From the IMG/VR virus record IMGVR_UViG_3300045988_145033, positions 96,001-160,000 of that record: DNA of 64,000 nucleotides. One strand, written 5' to 3'. Source of the stretch: a virus. A program made the translations under genes and the position numbers. Below are positions 37,420 to 45,937 of the stretch, one piece after another. The stretch's first letter is position 1. Each line of letters starts with the position of its first letter. The notes under the pieces were generated by a model, which ran no database searches, had not been told where the DNA came from, and was given only the letters and a program-made list of their open reading frames with translations.

Positions 37420-39890
37420 CTTAAATACGGTATAACTTTCAAGTCCCCCACAGAAGTCATTTCTATAACCCCTATGCTGTCAGCCTCTGTTGCAGAATAG
37501 TATTCGTTATGTGATATAGCAAATACTTGTAAGTCTTTAACTGATGCAAAATTAACTATTATATCTAAGAACTTTCTTTTATTTTCTTTAGACAGAGTTG
37601 CGTCCATTTCATCAAGTATAAAGACATTATAATTTGGTATCATGACGCTATTTAAAGCAAGAGTTGTAGCAAGAGCCATAATAGCCTTCTCACCATCACT
37701 CATCTTAGATATATCGTCTGATACAAACTCATCTTTTTGAACCTTTATTATAAAATCTTTTTCAGTTATTGTAAAATCGTGAACTCTATAAGGAATGTCT
37801 GTAAGCTCTAAGAAGTTATTAGTAATTTCCTTTAGGTTTAGAACTATTCTTCTCATAACTTTAACTGGTAAATGTTTAGTTAAAGTCTCTCTTATTTTTT
37901 CACTATCCTTTTCATCTATTGTGGCTTTTTTGAGTTCATCTTCTACATATTCCCTTAAAGATATATTAAAATCTATTTTCTTTAAACTTTCTTCAAGTTC
38001 TTTTATATTTTCTTCAACTCTTTTAAGTTTCTCTTGAGTCTCAGCTTGCTCTATTCTTTTTGCTTTATCTTTAGCTATGATATTTCTTATGGATACACTA
38101 TCTTCTATTATAGAGAGTTGTATCTCTTGCATATCATTTAAAGACATATTAAAATATTCAGAAGTTTCTATATCTTGTGATACTCTTGGCATCTTCTCAT
38201 TTACCTTTTCTATCTTAGCTAGAGTTTCCTTATATTCTACGTTCCAAGTATCAAGGTTTGTCTTAATTACAACTATATCTCTATTGATAGCTTTATCGTA
38301 CTCTTGTTTCTTTTCAAAATAAGATATAGCAACTCTTGATACATATATTATATCTTCAACAATACCGTCAAAAGAAAAAGCATTGCCATTAAGCAAGTAT
38401 CTTCTGAAGTTATCTTTTGATTTTAGAAAATCTCCGAGTATAGATAAAGTATCATTATTCTCTATAATAGAATATACAAGTTTTATATTATATAGTGCAT
38501 TTACTTGAGTATCATACTTGTCAAGCTTTAACTTAACTTCTGATAATCTTTCTTTACTATCTTGTATATCCTTTACTATAGCTTCATATTCTTCAAGTCT
38601 TGCCCTCATATTTATAAACTCTTTTCTAAGTAAGCAAGTCTCATCTTTGCAAGACTCGGGTGGAGAAACTAGATTATCAGCTACGTATTTCTCTTCTCTT
38701 AATCTTTCTAGTCTTTCTATCTTATTTTCTAATTCACTATATAAAGCTTTAATAGGTGCTACACTTGTGTGTACTTCATTGTATACATCTTTCATATCTA
38801 CAAAATTAGAAATGTCTTCTATATTACTTAGAAACTCTTTAATCTGATTATAACCTAATATAAAAGAAGATAGCTTATCGTTTGTAGTAAAATGTCTTTT
38901 ATTATTAATAGATAAATATTCGTGATTATTAAGTTCTTTCTTTATTACATCTACGTCTATTTCAGATGCTATCTGACTTTCTGCAAGTCTTAAGTTAGCA
39001 TCTACTATATTTTTAGATAGAAGCTCTAATGCTCCTTGAAGTTTTGACTTTTCATTTCTTCTAGCGGACATATAATCTCCTAGAGTTGTAAGTATCTTAT
39101 ACTCATCTATTATATCTCTTATCTTAGTTATTATATCGGAATCTCTATCAAGTTCTTCTACTTGCATTTTAAGCTTTAATACTTCTTCATCAGACATACA
39201 GACATTCTCGTCTTTTACTTTATTTTCTAAATTCTTAAGTTGAGCTATCTCAGCCATAGTATTTGATTTATCCATGAGTAAACTCTCAGAACTTGGAAGA
39301 TTTGATAGTTCTTTTTCTTTTGCTTCTCTTGTCTTTTTAGAATGAATGTATTTTTCAGATATAACTTTCACAAGTTCTTTTGTATCTCCTATCGGTGATA
39401 TAGATTGCATGAAATCTCTTCTTGCTCCAGATTTCATATTTACTATACCTCTGTCTTCAGAATTAAGATACGCAAGTTTCATAAGTTTTGTATCAAGTCC
39501 TATCATCTGCTTAATACGAGCTTTAACTTCATTAACTGATGAACTTTCAACTATCTGAACTTGCTTCCCGTTTTCTATCTTAGCAAGGTCAGCAATACAA
39601 GAATGTGACTCTCCATTAGGTTTATATATATAATGAACTTTATAATCTTCGCTATTATATGTAAAATACACAATCTTCTCACCAGTTTCGTAAGGTACAA
39701 TATCGTATCCGTCGGAAATCGACGGAAGCAAGTTAAGTTCAGATGCGAGTGTTGATTTCCCAGTTCCATTATCTCCTACTATCATAATAGTGTGATAATC
39801 TTGTGGAAATTCTATATCTATTTTAGTTCTTTTTGTTCCTTTTACAAAACGATTAAAATTAACAAGTATTATTCTTTTAAGTTTAACCAT
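37410..39890 (-). CDS. SbcC/Rad50-like (T4 gp46-like) recombination ATPase with a long coiled coil
   Basis: Walker A GDNGTGKST at the N-terminus. ABC signature MSDGEKA and Walker B VFILDEMD at the C-terminus. About 500 aa of coiled coil between them. Confidence 0.6.
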   Translation of the reverse strand: MVKLKRIILVNFNRFVKGTKRTKIDIEFPQDYHTIMIVGDNGTGKSTLASELNLLPSISDGYDIVPYETGEKIVYFTYNSEDYKVHYIYKPNGESHSCIADLAKIENGKQVQIVESSSVNEVKARIKQMIGLDTKLMKLAYLNSEDRGIVNMKSGARRDFMQSISPIGDTKELVKVISEKYIHSKKTREAKEKELSNLPSSESLLMDKSNTMAEIAQLKNLENKVKDENVCMSDEEVLKLKMQVEELDRDSDIITKIRDIIDEYKILTTLGDYMSARRNEKSKLQGALELLSKNIVDANLRLAESQIASEIDVDVIKKELNNHEYLSINNKRHFTTNDKLSSFILGYNQIKEFLSNIEDISNFVDMKDVYNEVHTSVAPIKALYSELENKIERLERLREEKYVADNLVSPPESCKDETCLLRKEFINMRARLEEYEAIVKDIQDSKERLSEVKLKLDKYDTQVNALYNIKLVYSIIENNDTLSILGDFLKSKDNFRRYLLNGNAFSFDGIVEDIIYVSRVAISYFEKKQEYDKAINRDIVVIKTNLDTWNVEYKETLAKIEKVNEKMPRVSQDIETSEYFNMSLNDMQEIQLSIIEDSVSIRNIIAKDKAKRIEQAETQEKLKRVEENIKELEESLKKIDFNISLREYVEDELKKATIDEKDSEKIRETLTKHLPVKVMRRIVLNLKEITNNFLELTDIPYRVHDFTITEKDFIIKVQKDEFVSDDISKMSDGEKAIMALATTLALNSVMIPNYNVFILDEMDATLSKENKRKFLDIIVNFASVKDLQVFAISHNEYYSATEADSIGVIEMTSVGDLKVIPYLSYI

Positions 39891-39919
39891 AATATGTTCT
39901 CCTTTATACTTTTATTCTC

Positions 39920-39931
39920 TAGTGGGGTGTT
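39920..39931 (-). promoter_or_regulatory. late promoter AACAccccacTA
   Basis: Minus strand, upstream of the SbcC-like gene. Confidence 0.4.
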
Positions 39932-39947
39932 TGTGAAAAATTACAAA

Positions 39948-39978
39948 AAAAAAGAATATGGGGATTTCTCCCCATATT
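39948..39978 (-). terminator. intrinsic terminator (atatgggga-tttc-tccccatat)
   Basis: Ends the RNAP / membrane-protein operon. Confidence 0.5.
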
Positions 39979-39981
39979 AAT

Positions 39982-40554
39982 TTATACATAATATATTGAC
40001 ATATTTCTTAGCTTATCTATCTTGTCTTCTAATTTTCCTATAAGAGCTACTTTCTTTGCTTCAGGAATATCATCGCAAGTTTTAAGCCAAATCATATATT
40101 TATCTAAAGACTTAATAGCAAACTTCTTTTCATAATCATCATAGATAAGCTTAGTAGATAGATTCTCTAAATATCTATCTATATCATCAAGGACTGTAAG
40201 AGTTAAGTCTTTATCATTAGCTTTAGAGTAATTAGATAGTATGAAGAATTTTAAAGTAATTAGTTCATCCATATCACCGTACTTCATAGAACGTTCACTT
40301 TCTATCCAATCTTTTTGAGTTTTCATATAAGACCTATACTCAGCTTTCTCATCGTGACTCAATTTATCATAATCTACAGACGATAGGGTCTTGTAAATAT
40401 CAGACGTTCTATCAAGAATGTATTTTGCTTTATTCTTAGCTTCCATTATATTTTTATATCTCGCTTTTATAAGAGATATAAGCATAAGAGATACCATCAC
40501 CACAAGTGTAAAAACAGCTCCAAGATACACTATCATATCAGTTTTTGTTACCAT
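39982..40554 (-). CDS. N-terminally membrane-anchored protein, 190 aa (paralog of 42080..42643)
   Basis: TM LGAVFTLVVMVSLMLISL. Shared blocks with the 187-aa protein (W-x-S-E-x-M-x-G; VL-D/E-DID; Y-x-WL). Confidence 0.5.
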   Translation of the reverse strand: MVTKTDMIVYLGAVFTLVVMVSLMLISLIKARYKNIMEAKNKAKYILDRTSDIYKTLSSVDYDKLSHDEKAEYRSYMKTQKDWIESERSMKYGDMDELITLKFFILSNYSKANDKDLTLTVLDDIDRYLENLSTKLIYDDYEKKFAIKSLDKYMIWLKTCDDIPEAKKVALIGKLEDKIDKLRNMSIYYV

Positions 40555-40564
40555 ATTTTCCTCC

Positions 40565-40906
40565 TTATTCTCCTAATACAAATCTAATATCTTTTATCCA
40601 TTTAACTCTTTCTTTCTTAACTAGAAAGAAAGCTTCTGGTGATTTAAGCCAATTCTCATAGAACTTAAGTTTATTCTTAATTCCTACTCTTTCCTCTTTA
40701 GTAGCCCTATCTATTTTAATATTAGAGAATAACTCTCTCATTTCATCATAGATAGCATAGGCTTTAAATCTTTCCTCTTTTTTCTTTTCCTTAGCTTCTA
40801 CATTTTTAGCAAATCCGTCAGCAAATGGTTTTATTACTAAAAACCACAAAATTGCAAGTCCGCCTAAACTCATAAGTCCTTTAATCAATCCTTCTCCGTA
40901 TGTCAT
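40565..40906 (-). CDS. N-terminally membrane-anchored protein, 113 aa
   Basis: TM GLMSLGGLAILWFLVI. RBS AAGGAGG. Confidence 0.45.
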   Translation of the reverse strand: MTYGEGLIKGLMSLGGLAILWFLVIKPFADGFAKNVEAKEKKKEERFKAYAIYDEMRELFSNIKIDRATKEERVGIKNKLKFYENWLKSPEAFFLVKKERVKWIKDIRFVLGE

Positions 40907-41448
40907 TTTTCTTCCTCCTTATTACCATGCGTATAATAGAAAACTATAGCATCTAATAATTCCTTTTCATCTTTATAATATTCTAAAGGTTTTTCATTGA
41001 GATAATTCTTCATATCTATATTAAGTTTTACCCATACTGGTTGTATATCAGTTTCTTCATATAGCTTTATTTCCTTAGCATATTTATCGAGTCTACTATC
41101 ATCTTTTATCTCAGTAAAGCAATAATCTATGACAGCATCTAAAAGCTCATCATTACTTTTATGAAACTTTAAAGGCTTCTTACTTTTGAAGTTCTCTATA
41201 TCTTCTAATACACAAGGGTTTATATCTTCTACACTTGCAAGTTCGTCCATAAGTTTTTCGAGTTCTAAATGAGCTTTATGTAAATCTACCATTTTAGTTT
41301 TGTCTTCTTCAATTTCAGCAATTATCTTATCCATATTATCTACAGCATTTTGTGTACGCTTTCTCTGAATGTATACACGTATAAGAGTATAGATACTCAT
41401 AGCTATAGATATAATTCCTATCGTCGATGATATAATTCTTAGAAGCAT
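40903..41448 (-). CDS. N-terminally membrane-anchored protein, 181 aa
   Basis: TM IISSTIGIISIAMSIYTLI. RBS AAGGAAGTG. Confidence 0.45.
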   Translation of the reverse strand: MLLRIISSTIGIISIAMSIYTLIRVYIQRKRTQNAVDNMDKIIAEIEEDKTKMVDLHKAHLELEKLMDELASVEDINPCVLEDIENFKSKKPLKFHKSNDELLDAVIDYCFTEIKDDSRLDKYAKEIKLYEETDIQPVWVKLNIDMKNYLNEKPLEYYKDEKELLDAIVFYYTHGNKEEEK

Positions 41449-41660
41449 TAGTATTCACTTCCTTTACCATACTTATAATCCATAAGTATTGAGTTATATT
41501 CATCTATAGATACTGTAAATTCGGTTTCTCCAGTTTCTTGCTTTTCAAGATAAGGTATTATAACTTCATTTGTATCTTGTGTTAGTTTAACCGTATTCAT
41601 TCTCATAGCTTCTATAATAGCCTCTCTTTTTTCTTTAGTCATTTTCTTATCCCCTTCCAT
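41448..41660 (-). CDS. small hypothetical protein (63-70 aa; start at 41660 or at the internal ATG 41639)
   Basis: ORF in operon context. Confidence 0.35.
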   Translation of the reverse strand: MEGDKKMTKEKREAIIEAMRMNTVKLTQDTNEVIIPYLEKQETGETEFTVSIDEYNSILMDYKYGKGSEY

Positions 41661-41938
41661 TCTTTAAAGTTATAGTTTAAGATTTCTCCACTCAAATGAT
41701 TTAACTCATTTCTAGTATCGTTATCATCAGTTTGTATAGATAACGCTGACATCAATGAAGAATATCTGCCTATATGCTTTTCTAAATTATCTTTAATATT
41801 CTCTATGATATTATCTCTATTTATTACAGCTGAAATTAAAGCTTCTTTAGAAAGTGTATTTAAAAACTCTTTATCGGATTCTTGAAACTTATACCCTTCT
41901 ACATCTCCTACCTTGTCAAGAATGGCAGTTTCCTGCAC
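41639..41938 (-). CDS. hypothetical protein, about 99 aa, GTG start and weak RBS
   Basis: ORF only. No in-frame ATG upstream. Confidence 0.3.
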   Translation of the reverse strand: MQETAILDKVGDVEGYKFQESDKEFLNTLSKEALISAVINRDNIIENIKDNLEKHIGRYSSLMSALSIQTDDNDTRNELNHLSGEILNYNFKEWKGIRK

Positions 41939-42079
41939 ATTCCTAACGGATTCTGACTTAGTTTGCTCGGAACTTAATTCTTTCTTTTTATTATCCCCAA
42001 ATAAGAACCTTACAGTCCCGTCAGCTTCTATTATTATCTCACTAGATTCTCCTACAAGTTTATCAAGTATTTCATCCTA

Positions 42080-42643
42080 TTATCTTATACTTTGTAAATG
42101 TAAAATAGCTTTCTCTAATTTAGCTTTATATAATTCTCTTTCGCTATTACTTTCACACAAAAGGTCATTACTATTAAGCCACGATATATACATTCTATAA
42201 GCTTTTGTGTAGAACTTTATCTTATAATCATATGTAGAAGATAGTCTATTCGTTTCCCACGTAATATCATCTATATCTTCTAAAACTACACTTCTTAATG
42301 AACGATTCATACTATTAGAAAATAAGTCAAGACATTCACGTCTTAATCTCATTACATCTTCTACATTTCCGTGACGCATAACATCTTCGGATTTTAACCA
42401 TTCGAGTTGTAATCCCGCATACTCACGGTAGTTGTCTATAATAGAATAGTGTCCTGTATATATTACCTCTGAAGATGCTATCTTTAAAGCGTCACAAACA
42501 TCTTTCATTCTGTCCTCTATATATTTTCTCTTTTCTTTATTACTAGGTGTATTACCATATCTATCATTAATTTCATTAAATATGATAATTAGCATGAATG
42601 AGGTAAGTACACCAAGCATAAATATTATAAAATCTCTATACAT
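42080..42643 (-). CDS. N-terminally membrane-anchored protein, 187 aa (paralog of 39982..40554)
   Basis: TM FIIFMLGVLTSFMLIIIF. RBS AAGGAAGG. Follows the RNAP beta-N gene directly. Confidence 0.5.
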   Translation of the reverse strand: MYRDFIIFMLGVLTSFMLIIIFNEINDRYGNTPSNKEKRKYIEDRMKDVCDALKIASSEVIYTGHYSIIDNYREYAGLQLEWLKSEDVMRHGNVEDVMRLRRECLDLFSNSMNRSLRSVVLEDIDDITWETNRLSSTYDYKIKFYTKAYRMYISWLNSNDLLCESNSERELYKAKLEKAILHLQSIR

Positions 42644-42645
42644 AG

Positions 42646-43950
42646 TTACTTACCTTCCTTATGTGATAAATGTACATCTGGTATAGAAAACGCAAGAAGT
42701 CCAGCAAGTCCTACGTTATCTGAAGTTGAAGTTCCTATTGGGTCTATTATACCTAGCTGGTCCATTCTAAAACTTCTATCACGAGTTATCTCAGCGTCAT
42801 CTTCTATATTTGAGATATAACCAAAGAAGTTGTATACATCAACTTCATTCGCAGACTTTGTGATAGCGTACTGATTATTATTCTTAATAATAGTACACAC
42901 GGTTCTTGGGTCTACATTTATCTTAGATTTATATGTATTCAAGTTTTGCTTTTTCGCTTTCTTACCAGCTATTTTGAGTCCCTTTTTAATCTCCATTCTA
43001 AGTTTACCTCTTAGAGATGTATGAAGTGATATTACTTCTTCAGTACCACCATAAGTTGTAGCTATTATGTATCTATACAAACTATCAACAACGTCAGTTG
43101 GTGGAATACTATCTCTTACATTTTCAACATCCATATCTTCTAAATCCCAGTGGTCTAAATCTTCTATGGTATTTTCTAAGATTTGAGCAAACTCAGCCTT
43201 TCTATCTTCATCTTCTATATCTAGTATCTTCTCTACATCCTTTTTGGTAAGCTCTGGATTTCTTCCTAAGAATAGCAAAGGATTATAGTTACTTGAGAAT
43301 ATATTAGTTATAAATATAGGCTCTCCAGTATTTGGAGATTTATCTACAGATAAGTAACTCACATAGCTTGGATGTTGACATTTAAGCTTTCCTTCTTTTG
43401 TAAGAGATATACTATCTTGTATATGAAACTTATTGAAATAATGATTTCCATTAAGTCTTATTACATTATTTATAAGTCTCGGAATGTACAAATTCACTCT
43501 TATGAAAAGAGATTGTGGTTCTTCTTCAGTACTCATCATATTTAAATCATATGTAAGTATTTCTTGCTTTAAGTGCTCATCATACCATTCAAGTTTAGGC
43601 AAACTTAAAAGTTCTCTTCTTGTATTTGCTTTACCCGGTCCTATGGTGTTATCCGAAACCTTATCTTCGGATAGTAAAAACCAACATTCCATACAAGATA
43701 TAACATCATCTGACATATCTATATATATGTCTTCCTTTGTCTTTGTCTTGTGCATATAATCCACATTTGTCATTCTGAAATCTTCCTCTAAATTAACAGG
43801 AAGCATTCTGTAACCATAAAGTCTTACTCCAGTTACAGTCTTTAATATATCAACTACTATAGTTTTAAGTTCTCTTCTTTCTTTATCTACAACCATAGGG
43901 TTAATAGAATTTATCGAAAGTTTCTCTCTTATTCTATTATTAAACTTCAT
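42646..43950 (-). CDS. multisubunit RNA polymerase beta subunit, N-terminal module
   Basis: The C-terminus TRDRSFRMDQLGIIDPIGTSTSDNVGLAGLL aligns with bacterial beta [34 protein letters not shown] (E. coli residues about 545-580). Confidence 0.55.
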   Translation of the reverse strand: MKFNNRIREKLSINSINPMVVDKERRELKTIVVDILKTVTGVRLYGYRMLPVNLEEDFRMTNVDYMHKTKTKEDIYIDMSDDVISCMECWFLLSEDKVSDNTIGPGKANTRRELLSLPKLEWYDEHLKQEILTYDLNMMSTEEEPQSLFIRVNLYIPRLINNVIRLNGNHYFNKFHIQDSISLTKEGKLKCQHPSYVSYLSVDKSPNTGEPIFITNIFSSNYNPLLFLGRNPELTKKDVEKILDIEDEDRKAEFAQILENTIEDLDHWDLEDMDVENVRDSIPPTDVVDSLYRYIIATTYGGTEEVISLHTSLRGKLRMEIKKGLKIAGKKAKKQNLNTYKSKINVDPRTVCTIIKNNNQYAITKSANEVDVYNFFGYISNIEDDAEITRDRSFRMDQLGIIDPIGTSTSDNVGLAGLLAFSIPDVHLSHKEGK

Positions 43951-43969
43951 TATAGCTCCTTTCTAAAAA

Positions 43970-43998
43970 AGAAAGGCGAGCTTAACTCGCCAATCTTA
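43970..43998 (-). terminator. terminator or attenuator hairpin (ggcgag-cttaa-ctcgcc) directly before the RBS of the RNAP beta-N gene
   Basis: Hairpin plus TTTCTTTTTTAG on the minus strand, followed at once by AAAGGAG-N5-ATG. Confidence 0.45.
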
Positions 43999-44577
43999 TT
44001 ATAAAACTGATGTATGTTCAACGTCAGATTTGAACGCCATATTAACTGAGTTATCGGTTGAATATTTGTAAACTACAGTTGGCTCTCCGTGTTCATCAGT
44101 TACAACAAATGCTGCAATTCTTAATGGACCTATTGCAGCCTCTTGTTTAGCAAGGTCTGTATACAATCTGTAAGTTAATCCTTCAGATTGTAAGAAATCT
44201 ACATTTTCTCCAGATTCTATACAAATTCCTATTGCTTCCATTAGCTTATTTTCAATAAGCATTAAGTCATACAGAAGACTATCAATATAATCTTTTGAAG
44301 TAGCTCCTTTGAACTGAGCTATAATTAATTTAATATTTTCTGGTATTCTCATTTCATCTTGAACGCTGTATCTTTTGATACTTGGAATACCATTCACGTT
44401 TTTGAATTGTAATGATATAGTCGAATCTATATCTTTTGCTTCAGCATGCAATACAGCTCCACCTTGAATTAAACCAGTTATAAGATAACTTAATTGGTTA
44501 TTATCTGTCCAAGTTAAACCACCTTCAAGTTGTTCTGCTACCCATTGTTCCGCTTCTTTCTTTAAATTTCTTGCCAT
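43999..44577 (-). CDS. hypothetical protein, 192 aa
   Basis: RBS AAGGAGG. Lies between the two RNAP beta module genes. Confidence 0.45.
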   Translation of the reverse strand: MARNLKKEAEQWVAEQLEGGLTWTDNNQLSYLITGLIQGGAVLHAEAKDIDSTISLQFKNVNGIPSIKRYSVQDEMRIPENIKLIIAQFKGATSKDYIDSLLYDLMLIENKLMEAIGICIESGENVDFLQSEGLTYRLYTDLAKQEAAIGPLRIAAFVVTDEHGEPTVVYKYSTDNSVNMAFKSDVEHTSVL

Positions 44578-44604
44578 TTTTATTCCTCCTTAAAATTTGT
44601 GTAA

Positions 44605-45870
44605 TTATTTATTATTATTTTCGTCTAAAGCTGTATATCTTCTTAATAAATCTACTAAGTATTGTACATCTTTAGATTCATAGTTACCAGACTCAAATGC
44701 CGCATAAAGTTCAGCAAAACCATACGCACCTATAGGTACTTCCATTCCACCTTCAGATAGAAGCTTGTATTCATTTTGTGTCATATCTGTAGCTTCATAT
44801 CTTTCTTTATTACCGTCATTTACTTTAGGTAATTTAATAAGAGCTGTTCCTGATACATATTCTTCAGGAACTACTGTAAATTTAACCTTTAGAATATGAG
44901 ATAATTTCTTAAGTTGAGAAAGTGTTACACTATCACTTTCTATAGCATTACATATTGCTTTTGCTTGAGAAACCATTTCTCTTGGAACATAGAAAGTTTG
45001 TCCACTTATAGCTTCTTTTATGTAGTTGAAGTTCATAGGGTCTATATCACCTTCTGTGAATACATAGTTAAATTCTATATACTCATCAATATCACCACCA
45101 AATATGTCAGAAACTCCCATAAGCTCAGACAGTCTGTATTCTGATATATCATTACCAGAAGCAATATTATATATAACATACGATGCTATCTTATTACTAC
45201 TTGTGTAATCTCTTGATAGTTTTAGATTAGCTAAATCTACTACATTATGGTGTATTAAATCTGATACAAACTTCAAGCCATTTCCCGGAACTATATTTAT
45301 ACCATTCCAAGAAAGTGTATTAGATATATCAAATTCATCAGGATATGTTATTCCCATCTTACTTGAATGTATTTGAACTGAGCTAAGTTCTTCTATTGGA
45401 ATAGCGATACCTTCTTCTGTATTAGATTTAACATAATGCTTACCGTCTTTACTGTAAACTGATAAATCATAACTTGGATATAGAGCGTCTTTATGAGCTA
45501 CCCACCCAAAGCATACCTTTCTTACATCAAAATCTTTATATTTACTTTCTAATACGAGATGAGATGAATTGTTCCATACAATATCTTTCAAGTCCTTTTC
45601 TGGAATAAGATGAACAGCTTTACCGCTATCAACACTCGGTACTACAACTAAAGAAGTTAGCTCACCAAAATTATCCTTTTGCTTTCTAAGTATTCTTTCA
45701 GCATCACTATTTTTTGGTTTTTTGTTTTCAAAAAGTATTGCGTTTTCTCTCTCTTGTAGTTCCTTTTGTTTCTTTTCTTCTAATGCTTTTGCATCTTTAA
45801 CAGCTTCACGAGCAGCTGTTCCAGCTCCTTTTGCAATTTCTGCATTTTTCTTTGTCATTCTAATTGTCAT
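44605..45870 (-). CDS. hypothetical protein, 422 aa (start at ATG 45870, MTIRM...), adjacent to the RNAP genes
   Basis: AAGGAGG 8 nt upstream of the ATG at 45870. The track's longer ORF would overlap the upstream gene. Class B promoter 50 nt upstream. Confidence 0.5.
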   Translation of the reverse strand: MTIRMTKKNAEIAKGAGTAAREAVKDAKALEEKKQKELQERENAILFENKKPKNSDAERILRKQKDNFGELTSLVVVPSVDSGKAVHLIPEKDLKDIVWNNSSHLVLESKYKDFDVRKVCFGWVAHKDALYPSYDLSVYSKDGKHYVKSNTEEGIAIPIEELSSVQIHSSKMGITYPDEFDISNTLSWNGINIVPGNGLKFVSDLIHHNVVDLANLKLSRDYTSSNKIASYVIYNIASGNDISEYRLSELMGVSDIFGGDIDEYIEFNYVFTEGDIDPMNFNYIKEAISGQTFYVPREMVSQAKAICNAIESDSVTLSQLKKLSHILKVKFTVVPEEYVSGTALIKLPKVNDGNKERYEATDMTQNEYKLLSEGGMEVPIGAYGFAELYAAFESGNYESKDVQYLVDLLRRYTALDENNNK

Positions 45871-45906
45871 TTTTAATTCCTCCTTAAAATTTTTATTATG
45901 ACTTTC

Positions 45907-45926
45907 GCCTACATATATAATATATA
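45907..45926 (-). promoter_or_regulatory. class B promoter embedded in an inverted repeat
   Basis: cgccTATATATTATATATGTAGGCG. The GTAGGCG half-site is the reverse complement of the CGCCTA start of the element. Confidence 0.45.
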
Positions 45927-45937
45927 GGCGAAATATC

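Noticed and set aside
44020-44040. GTTCAAATC-like T-loop sequence suggesting a tRNA
   Set aside because: It lies inside a well-supported CDS and no acceptor, D or anticodon arms could be built. No tRNA cloverleaf was recognisable anywhere in the window by eye. tRNAscan-SE should be run to confirm.
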